A DNA stretch of 63,038 nucleotides from Bdellovibrionota bacterium. Its GTDB lineage: Bacteria; Bdellovibrionota; UBA2428. The translations under genes and the position numbers were made by a program. The notes beneath the pieces are model-generated. The model was not told the DNA's origin and searched no databases. It worked only from the letters and a program-made list of their open reading frames with translations. Positions within the stretch are counted from its first letter, which is position 1. Each line of letters starts with the position of its first letter. Below are positions 56,835-63,038 of the stretch, piece after piece. The stretch lies in NCBI GenBank assembly GCA_964201665.1, contig CAXNEW010000005.1:1-63038 (forward strand), given 5' to 3'.

Positions 56835-57611
56835 TCAAAACTCTAGGGTCAGGTTAACAGGACAGTGATCTGACCCTAGGACCTTGTCCTCAATTGAGGC
56901 TTCCACAATAGCCCCTTTAAAAGCCTCTGGGACTGAATGAAAATCAATTCGCCAACCCAAGTTTCGGCTTCGAGCATTCAAGCGAGCACTCCACCATGAG
57001 TAGGCGTCAGTTTTCTCAGGGTTTTTGTATCTAAACGTATCCACCCATCCCGAATCTAAAAATTCAATCATCCAGGCCCGCTCTTCGGGAAGGTAACCTG
57101 CTGTTTTTTGATTTTCATTGGGCCGGGCCAAATCTATTGGAAAGGGCGCGATATTGTAGTCTCCGCACAGGACTACACATTTTTTAGTTTTTAAATACAA
57201 ATCATTGAGATTTCTTGCCAGCTCTTTGCAAAATTCCAATTTGAATCCGAGGCGGGCCCCTTTATCCTGAGAATTTGGAAAATAGGCGGAAACAAAAATC
57301 ACCTTCTCAAAATGGGCAATCAACACCCTACCCTCAAAATCGAATTCTGAGATACCCAAACCCCTTTGAACCATCAATGGTTTTTCTTTGCTAAGAATTC
57401 CCACCCCGCTATAGCCCTTTTTTTGCGCCGGAAACCAATTCTTGTGAAATCCCGGAAAATCGAGAACTTCGGGTGGAATCTGGTTTTCTTCGGCTCGAAC
57501 CTCTTGAAGGCCAATAAAATCTGAATTTGACGAATTTAGCCAACTCACAAAGCCGTTCTTTGAACAAGCCCTTATTCCGTTAACATTCCAGGAAGAGAAA
57601 TTTAGAAGCAT
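56835..57611 (-). CDS. xth: exodeoxyribonuclease III
   Basis: SWNVNGIRA, LQEV, GDYNIAP and GSDHCPV are the ExoIII/AP endonuclease motifs. Confidence 0.9.
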   Translation of the reverse strand: MLLNFSSWNVNGIRACSKNGFVSWLNSSNSDFIGLQEVRAEENQIPPEVLDFPGFHKNWFPAQKKGYSGVGILSKEKPLMVQRGLGISEFDFEGRVLIAHFEKVIFVSAYFPNSQDKGARLGFKLEFCKELARNLNDLYLKTKKCVVLCGDYNIAPFPIDLARPNENQKTAGYLPEERAWMIEFLDSGWVDTFRYKNPEKTDAYSWWSARLNARSRNLGWRIDFHSVPEAFKGAIVEASIEDKVLGSDHCPVNLTLEF

Positions 57612-57759
57612 TGCGACACTGTCTTAGAAACACATTTATAATTTTGCAAATTTTCGCCAAAAATCTGTTTTTTAAAAACAAAGCTTGGGTCTGCGATCAG
57701 GCGAATATAGAATCAATCTTTGCCCTGGGCCGCGTTTGGATCTTACTCGAGGAGATTTC

Positions 57760-59772
57760 ATGTTAAAAAATATTCTGTCACTTAAAACTACGAAAAAACT
57801 TTTGTTTTTTGTATTTATTTTTCCGTCCCTTGCCTGGTCTGACATCGGCGGCCTCACATGTATTCGCCTCCCCGAACTTATGCGGGCTTACTTGGTGGCC
57901 CATGTAACTAAAAAACAACTTGATGACGCTGTAAAAAAAGAAGCCATTAAACAGTATTTAGAAACATTGGATCCTTCTAAAACTCAACTTTTAGCCTCAG
58001 ACATTGCGATTGCCGAAAAAGAATTGATGGCCTTTTTTGAAGAAATGACCCAAGGAAATTGCGGAGCTCTCGACAGACTTCAAAAAATTCTTCTCACCAG
58101 AGCCGTCGAAGCCGAGCAGTTTACAAAAGCCAGTCTCAATAACCCAAAATACAAAATTGACGAAAAAGCTGAAATCATCACCGATCCCAAAAAGCGAGCC
58201 TATCCGAAAACTATTGCCGAAAAAGAAGGTCTCTTGCTTTCATTTATTCATTTTCAGATGGCCAACTATTTAGCCACTGACACGAAATTTCCTGAAGCTA
58301 AAAAGCAGCTCATCCATCGTTACGAACTTGTCACAAAGCGTGTTCGCGAACGTACGAATAGCGATTTAATCAATACCTTTGCAGATTCATTTTCGTCAGC
58401 ACTCGATCCCCATTCGAGTTATTTTTCAAAGGACGCGCTTGAGGATTTTAGAATCAGCATGGGGCTTTCACTTGAAGGAATCGGTGCCTCATTGAGTTCT
58501 GAAGATGGATATACAATTGTTCAAGAAGTCATTCCTGGTGGAGCAGCAGACAAAGCCAAGACCCTCAAATCCAAAGATAAAATCGTAAGTGTTGCCCAAG
58601 ACAAAGGAGATTTTGTCAGTGTCATTGATATGGATCTCAAAGAAGTCGTTAAGCTGATCCGTGGAAAAAAGGGAACTCGAGTGCGCCTGAATATTTTAAG
58701 GCAGTCCGGAGAATCCACTGACCGTGTTGAGATTGCCATTGTACGAGACAAAGTCGACCTCAAAGAACAAGCCGCCAAACTTCAAATTGAAGAAATCAAA
58801 CGCGGCGACAAATCCTTCAAACTCGCTGTTATCGAGTTACCCTCATTTTACGGAGACTCAGACAGAAACAAAAGATCAAGTCTTGCCGATATCCGAAAAC
58901 TCTTGAGCGAAGCCCAAGAAAAAAAAGCTGATGGTGTGCTCTTAAATTTATCCCGAAACGGCGGAGGTCTTTTAGACGACGGCTATAAAATGGCAGGTCT
59001 TTTTCTTCGAACAGGACCCATTGTTGCCACTCGCGATGCGCGCAATCGAGTAGATATTCTTGCAGACAAAGACGAGACCGTTGCCTTTTCGGGGCCCTTG
59101 GTTGTTTTAACCAGCAGGCTCAGCGCCTCGGCATCAGAAATTTTAGCGGGCGCCCTACGAGATTATAAAAGGGCAGTCATTGTGGGTGCCGATCGCACTT
59201 TCGGTAAGGGAACCGTACAAACAGTACTGCCTCTTCCTGGTGAATTAGGCGCCATGAAAGTCACCAATGGAATGTTCTTTTTGCCAGGCGGACAATCTAC
59301 CCAGCATCAGGGGGTGGCGGGTGACGTGATAATTCCTTCGCCTCTAAATTTTGAAGAAATCGGGGAAGACAAAATTGACGGCAGCCTGCCCACTCAAAAA
59401 ATTGCCTCCTTTAAGGGGACTGAAGCCAACTATGACAAAGGCCCAATGGCTTGGACAGAAGTTCGCGATGACTGGGTTTCAAAAATAAAATCAGCCTCCC
59501 AGGTTCGTGTTTCTAAAAATGAAAAATTCAAAGAAATTTTAAGCGAAATCGAAGAAGCCAAAAAGAACGAAGGAAAAATTAAAGTTGCCGACCTCCTAAA
59601 GAAGGACGTTGAAAAAGACAAGAAGCGAAAAGAAGCCGAAAAGAAAACTTTTGCTGAAAGAACTAAAGATGCAGATGCCCCGGTTGTGGGCGAAGCCGTG
59701 CAGATATTGGCAGATCTCATTGCCCTGCAAAAGGGAATCTCACCTACCGCCGAAGTTGAGAAAGCCCTTTAA
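57760..59772 (+). CDS. S41 carboxy-terminal processing (tail-specific) protease
   Basis: I moved the start to ATG 57760, with GAGGAG upstream. Signal peptide LLFFVFIFPSLAWS. PDZ region LEGIGASL. Catalytic block SASASEILAGALRDY...GKGTVQ. Confidence 0.9.
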   Translation: MLKNILSLKTTKKLLFFVFIFPSLAWSDIGGLTCIRLPELMRAYLVAHVTKKQLDDAVKKEAIKQYLETLDPSKTQLLASDIAIAEKELMAFFEEMTQGNCGALDRLQKILLTRAVEAEQFTKASLNNPKYKIDEKAEIITDPKKRAYPKTIAEKEGLLLSFIHFQMANYLATDTKFPEAKKQLIHRYELVTKRVRERTNSDLINTFADSFSSALDPHSSYFSKDALEDFRISMGLSLEGIGASLSSEDGYTIVQEVIPGGAADKAKTLKSKDKIVSVAQDKGDFVSVIDMDLKEVVKLIRGKKGTRVRLNILRQSGESTDRVEIAIVRDKVDLKEQAAKLQIEEIKRGDKSFKLAVIELPSFYGDSDRNKRSSLADIRKLLSEAQEKKADGVLLNLSRNGGGLLDDGYKMAGLFLRTGPIVATRDARNRVDILADKDETVAFSGPLVVLTSRLSASASEILAGALRDYKRAVIVGADRTFGKGTVQTVLPLPGELGAMKVTNGMFFLPGGQSTQHQGVAGDVIIPSPLNFEEIGEDKIDGSLPTQKIASFKGTEANYDKGPMAWTEVRDDWVSKIKSASQVRVSKNEKFKEILSEIEEAKKNEGKIKVADLLKKDVEKDKKRKEAEKKTFAERTKDADAPVVGEAVQILADLIALQKGISPTAEVEKAL

Positions 59773-59803
59773 CAAAATTTAATTTTTTAAATTAAATTTT
59801 GTT
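59771..59803. terminator. AT-rich perfect 15-bp palindrome between convergent genes
   Basis: AACAAAATTTAATTT ttt AAATTAAATTTTGTT. It spans both stop codons. Only one G:C pair, so it is weak thermodynamically. Confidence 0.35.
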
Positions 59804-60517
59804 TAGGCCCCATTTCGAAAGTACGGCTGTGCGTTCGGCCTCAGTTACAACTTTTTTAAATTTTGCATTGGCTTTGCCTCGAACTCTGTTTTCGCATTCG
59901 GCCCATGTGGTGTGGGTCTCGAGTTTGCCTTCAATAAAACTTAAATACTGAGGACTTATTTTTTTGGCTTTCGCGGAGGGCGCGCAATCACCCACGGGGT
60001 CTAGCCCAACGGCTTGTGCTGAGCCTGAAAAAAATGCGATGGGATTGCCTTTTGAAAAAGCGACTGCCACTTCGTCTACACGTTCGTTACACCCAATGCC
60101 AGAATGAGCAGGCACATAACTCCATTCTATTTGGCTATTTTTAGAAATCGCTGAAACTTTTTCTTCTAACCTTTTCCAATGTTCTTGATTTTGAACTGCA
60201 GCTCCGTCAGATTTGATCCAATTTTTGGCCTTCCATCCCTTGATCCATTGGGTGATTCCATCAATCAGATACTTCGAGTCGGCCTGAATTCGAACTCGAA
60301 AGGCCCCCTCTTTTTGGGTCAAAAAGTCGAGGGCCTGAATCGCGGCCTCTATTTCCATTTTATTATTTGTTGACGCGGGTTCATGTCCCCCAGCCTCAAA
60401 AAGAAGGTCTTTCTCAACAAAATAAATAAGATAGGCCCAACCACCAGGGCCTGGATTTTTTGAACAGGCACCGTCCGTAAAAATTATGACTTCATTTGTT
60501 TCAAGTTTTTTTGCCAC
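59792..60517 (-). CDS. rnhA: ribonuclease HI with a C-terminal hybrid-binding (Cauli_VI-like) domain
   Basis: IIFTDGACSKNPGPGGWAY and YVPAHSGIGCNERVDEVA are RNase HI motifs. The C-terminal YLSFIEGKLETHTTWAECENRVRGKANAKFKKVVTEAERTAVL resembles the RNase H1 N-terminal/Cauli_VI HBD. GTG 60517 is preferred over the TTG at 60586. Confidence 0.8.
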   Translation of the reverse strand: MAKKLETNEVIIFTDGACSKNPGPGGWAYLIYFVEKDLLFEAGGHEPASTNNKMEIEAAIQALDFLTQKEGAFRVRIQADSKYLIDGITQWIKGWKAKNWIKSDGAAVQNQEHWKRLEEKVSAISKNSQIEWSYVPAHSGIGCNERVDEVAVAFSKGNPIAFFSGSAQAVGLDPVGDCAPSAKAKKISPQYLSFIEGKLETHTTWAECENRVRGKANAKFKKVVTEAERTAVLSKWGLNKI

Positions 60518-60609
60518 AAAGGGCGATATAATAGAGCTATTAGACGCTATACGCGAGACGCAAAGTCTCCCGTGGCGAGGGTCCAATGGGCCCGGAAGGA
60601 GGTGGTGCT

Positions 60610-60663
60610 GTGATCAGTAGTTATAAATCTCACTCACACAGTTCGGAGGTAAGGCTCTTCTAG
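60610..60663 (+). CDS. candidate 17-codon small ORF (MISSYKSHSHSSEVRLF)
   Basis: AAGGAGGTG (60596-60604) is a perfect anti-SD complement, and its GGAGG core ends 7 nt before GTG 60610. An in-frame ATG at 60586 would give 25 aa. A strong terminator lies 32 nt after the stop. There is no other support. Confidence 0.25.
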   Translation: MISSYKSHSHSSEVRLF

Positions 60664-60694
60664 AAATCTAGTTAGAGTTGTAGCTTTTGAGCGG

Positions 60695-60737
60695 GGCGGG
60701 GATTTGGGGTGAGACCCAAATCCCCGCCTTTTTATTT
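60695..60737 (+). terminator. rho-independent terminator, plus strand
   Basis: GGCGGGGATTTGGG (60695-60708) pairs with CCCAAATCCCCGCC (60715-60728). The loop is 6 nt and is followed by TTTTTATTT. There is no T-run on the opposite strand. Confidence 0.8.
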
Positions 60738-60792
60738 AGCATTCGTGAAAAGGGCCAATTGCGGACTGGTAGCCATTCCAACCGGATTTACT

Positions 60793-60817
60793 GTCATCCC
60801 GAATGAAATGAGGGATC
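60793..60817 (+). repeat. REP-like 25-nt hairpin repeat, copy A
   Basis: GTCATCCCgaatgaaatgaGGGATC. Confidence 0.5.
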
Positions 60818-60848
60818 CCCCCGCACTTGGCTGCCTAGAAACGTTAAA

Positions 60849-60873
60849 GATTCCTCCCGCTGGTCGGAATGAC
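60849..60873 (-). repeat. REP-like 25-nt hairpin repeat, copy B (inverted relative to A)
   Basis: The reverse complement reads GTCATTCCgaccagcgggaGGAATC. It has the same ends as copy A, and a C-to-T change in the stem is compensated by G-to-A. Confidence 0.5.
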
Positions 60874-60888
60874 CCTCAATTTTCCTAG

Positions 60889-61296
60889 TTACTGAACAAG
60901 GAGCTTGGCGCCCTTGTGTGGGGCATGAAACTGGCAGGTGATGTCCAGCTCGCCTGAGGCTTCAGCCGGAATGGTGACCTCAAAAACTTCGGGTTTGTTG
61001 CGAAGAACTTTTTTTGCAATTTTGAGTTTTGGAATCGCAAAACCATGAAAATCAAAGCCTCCGGTGAGATCATAGACAGCTTTAATTTTTAGGGTTTCAC
61101 CTTTTTTTACATTCACTGATTTTGGAGTCCAATGAGTCACTTCCCCGATTTTTTCAACTTTAAACTCAACTTCTTTGGGATTTGAGGCAAAACTTGAATT
61201 GGCCGCCACAAACGCTAGAACTAAAAAACTCCAAAAAATGAGGCCCTTAAGAGCTGGGTTTTGTTTTTGGATCGTTTTAGTGATCTTAAAATTCAT
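60889..61296 (-). CDS. small secreted cupredoxin-like protein
   Basis: Signal peptide LIFWSFLVLAFVAANSSFA. Beta-rich sequence with FHGF ... CQFHAPH, resembling a cupredoxin His/Cys/His ligand set. No obvious axial Met. Confidence 0.6.
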   Translation of the reverse strand: MNFKITKTIQKQNPALKGLIFWSFLVLAFVAANSSFASNPKEVEFKVEKIGEVTHWTPKSVNVKKGETLKIKAVYDLTGGFDFHGFAIPKLKIAKKVLRNKPEVFEVTIPAEASGELDITCQFHAPHKGAKLLVQ

Positions 61297-61343
61297 AAGT
61301 TGCTTTTCTCCTTGTACTGACTCTATACCCTTTACCGACTCAA

Positions 61344-62192
61344 ATGACGACCGAGGGGAAAGCCTATACCGAACAACTCGAAGCCCTTTATGAGGGTTTC
61401 CCTTGCGGCCGACTTTGGATCAAACTCGCCCAAACTGAAAATGAAAGGCAGGAAATTTTTCGCCTGCGTTTTAGGGTTTTTAACGACGAACTGGGTGAAG
61501 GCATTCCAGAAAATCGAGAAATTGGGATGGACATTGACCCCTACGACGCCTTTTGCGACCACCTTATGGTTTTAAGCGAAGACAAAAAAAAGGTCGTCGG
61601 CACCTATAGGTTGTTACCCGGAGTTTCACGACCCGAATCGGGCTTTTATTCCGAAACCGAATTTAACCTTAAATCTATTCCTATTAATTTTAGCGAAGCC
61701 GTAGAGCTTGGCCGAGGATGCATAGAACCCGAGTTTCGTAGGCAAACAACGCTTATGGCGCTCTTTTGGGGACTTCACCGGTATATGTTTGCCCGAAACG
61801 CCCGTTACCTTTTGGGCTGCGGCTCACTGCCTAAGATGTCCAATGACGATGCTGAGGCTACCTTTGATTTGCTAGCCAGCCGCGGAGTTTTAAAAGAAAA
61901 TCTGCAGGCCTATGTATTAGAAAGTCATCGGTTTTCGGGAGACCCCTCACTCGGAAAAGCTCAGATTCCGGCACTCATTGAATTCTATTTACAGTTTGGG
62001 GCCAATGTTTTGTGTAGGCCTGCCTATGATCCTGTTTTTGGGTGCTTTGATCTTTTGATGCTTTTTGACATGGATAACCTTTCAGAATGGGGCCAAGACC
62101 TTTTGGAGCGTTTTGACAGGCGACTTCTTGCCCGGGCAAATCGAGAATCACCTTCTGGACTTTCAGGATTTTCAATAGATTCCAACCTTTAA
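61344..62192 (+). CDS. GNAT-family N-acyltransferase (Acetyltransf_5, OlsB / N-acyl amino acid synthase-like)
   Basis: ERQEIFRLRFRVFNDELGEG...DPYDAFCDHLMVL...VVGTYRLL matches the OlsB/hemolysin-like GNAT family pattern. Confidence 0.75.
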   Translation: MTTEGKAYTEQLEALYEGFPCGRLWIKLAQTENERQEIFRLRFRVFNDELGEGIPENREIGMDIDPYDAFCDHLMVLSEDKKKVVGTYRLLPGVSRPESGFYSETEFNLKSIPINFSEAVELGRGCIEPEFRRQTTLMALFWGLHRYMFARNARYLLGCGSLPKMSNDDAEATFDLLASRGVLKENLQAYVLESHRFSGDPSLGKAQIPALIEFYLQFGANVLCRPAYDPVFGCFDLLMLFDMDNLSEWGQDLLERFDRRLLARANRESPSGLSGFSIDSNL

Positions 62193-62339
62193 GTCGAGCT
62201 GCCCACCGCATTTGAATCAGTGCCAGATTATTTAAGACCTTTTGTTGCAAATTTTGTTTAAACTAAACATTCGTTCTTTTGGGGAATCTGCACAGGGGAA
62301 GTGCCGAACGAAAAAGCCAACGAAAAGACAGACGCGGGG

Positions 62340-62363
62340 AATTCAAGATCGTCTGGGAATGAC
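62340..62363 (-). repeat. REP-like hairpin repeat, copy C (more divergent)
   Basis: The reverse complement reads GTCATTCccagacgatcttGAATC. Confidence 0.35.
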
Positions 62364-62380
62364 CGATAGGGGGAGAGGAT

Positions 62381-63038
62381 ATGGCGGGAAACGAGGGGGG
62401 GAGGAACGGTCCTGTTCCTTTTACTTTAAAAAGAGGACAAGTCTATTTTTCGTGGCTTCTGCGACATCAGATTTTTGTTTTTGCTGTGGCCCTTTTGTTC
62501 ACCATTGTTGGCGGCTACTACGCTTCAAAAATTTACCTAAAACCCTCATTGTCTGCCTTACTCCCCGAGGACCTACCTTCGGTTAAAAATTTAAATCAAG
62601 TTATGAAAGAAGTCGGCGGTACGGGCTTGCTTCTTATTGCTATTGAATCGCCTGACTTTAAAGCAAACCGAAAATTTGTAGATGAGTTAGCAGCGGAATT
62701 AAAAAAACTTCCTGGAAACAGGATCCGTGAAATTGAATATAACTTTAAAGAAGTTAGAGACTATGTCGAAAAATTTGGACTTCATTACCTTTCCAAAAAT
62801 GATCTTTTAAGTCTTAAGTCAAAAATTGAATCCGAAATTATTGAGAAAGGCGAAAAACAAAAAGGCCGAGCTGTCGCTTCATTTTTAGGACTTGACGACG
62901 ATGAAGGAGTCGCAGCCCCTGCGACCGACACCAAAGATACTAACGCCGCTGATAAAAAATCCACAGAAACCACCCCTCTTTTGGGTACACTCGACTCCAG
63001 AATTCAAAGAATTTTGGAATATCCGGATGACTATCTTG
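62381..63038 (+). CDS. MMPL/RND-family transporter, N-terminal part (runs off the right edge)
   Basis: Absent from the ORF track because no stop lies in the window. Hand translation from ATG 62381 (GGAG 5 nt upstream) gives MAGNEGGRNGPVPFTLKRGQVYFSWLLRHQIFVFAVALLFTIVGGYYASKIYLKPSLSALLPEDLPSV..., that is, a TM helix followed by a periplasmic domain. The frame stays open to 63038. Confidence 0.7.
   Translation, partial: MAGNEGGRNGPVPFTLKRGQVYFSWLLRHQIFVFAVALLFTIVGGYYASKIYLKPSLSALLPEDLPSVKNLNQVMKEVGGTGLLLIAIESPDFKANRKFVDELAAELKKLPGNRIREIEYNFKEVRDYVEKFGLHYLSKNDLLSLKSKIESEIIEKGEKQKGRAVASFLGLDDDEGVAAPATDTKDTNAADKKSTETTPLLGTLDSRIQRILEYPDDYL

Noticed and set aside
60541-60620. Possible riboswitch or SRP RNA: GAGACGCAAAGTCTCC resembles the ACGCAAAGCC core of c-di-GMP-I (GEMM-I), and GGGCCCGGAAGGAGG resembles the SRP RNA helix 8 GGAA tetraloop region
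   Set aside because: The GEMM-like string simply forms its own 5-bp hairpin. I could not find the P1b GNRA-tetraloop hairpin or the P2 receptor helix. In the SRP comparison the 3' strand (GGAGGTGGTGC) does not match the conserved GGAAGCAGC, and the flanking helix does not pair. Only a covariance-model scan could settle this.
62242-62586. 114-aa plus-strand ORF
   Set aside because: Its 3' half overlaps, in another frame, the MMPL-type CDS that starts at 62381 with an SD and a TM helix. Its 5' half covers an intergenic REP-like repeat.
1-63038. Search for rRNA, tRNA, CRISPR arrays, transposases, integrases and phage genes
   Set aside because: No intergenic region is long enough for rRNA. I saw no cloverleaf-like sequences with a GTTCRANYC T-loop in the intergenic gaps, no regularly spaced direct repeats, and no DDE or tyrosine recombinase motifs in the ORF set. 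This is a by-eye scan only, so tRNAscan-SE and cmscan should confirm it.

Overview
A densely coded, AT-rich 63 kb chromosomal segment from a Gram-negative bacterium. The gene content points to a Bdellovibrio-like or Oligoflexia-like organism: many signal-peptide proteins of unknown function, several PilZ proteins, a TIGR02147-type HTH protein, and a YeaH/SpoVR pair. That assignment is inference only.

Recognisable genes:
- Housekeeping: glpX, mutS2, valS, xth, rnhA, an S41 tail-specific protease, a five-gene peptide ABC importer, two histidine kinases and one OmpR-type regulator.
- LPS/lipid A block at 22.9-29.8 kb: heptose-7-P kinase, a GT9 heptosyltransferase, an MsbA-like exporter and LpxH. 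An XRE-HTH plus AbiEii/DUF1814 nucleotidyltransferase pair sits inside it.

I found no rRNA, tRNA, CRISPR array, transposase or integrase. Two CDSs run off the window edges and are therefore missing from the ORF track: minus strand 1..1613 and plus strand 62381..63038.

The best candidate for an undescribed system is the locus at 30.8-37.3 kb. It has three large signal-peptide proteins:
- P1, 525 aa.
- P2, 783 aa. Its N-terminal ~450 aa is a paralog of P1, and its C-terminal ~300 aa looks DUF1152-like.
- P3, 809 aa, built from two nucleoside-hydrolase-like domains, the second degenerate.

Other observations that the gene list does not explain:
- a 163-bp indel-free imperfect palindrome at 19814-19976
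- an orphan plus-strand unit at 60527-60737 with a perfect -10 box, a perfect SD, a 17-codon ORF and a strong terminator
- a small REP-like hairpin repeat family showing a compensatory change
- a DUF814/RqcH-like gene overlapping mutS2
- a valS-coupled unknown gene where prkA normally sits upstream of yeaH-spoVR
- a tightly overlapped cluster of three paralogous outer-membrane barrels plus a lipoprotein

All family assignments come from motifs read by eye. No database search was run.
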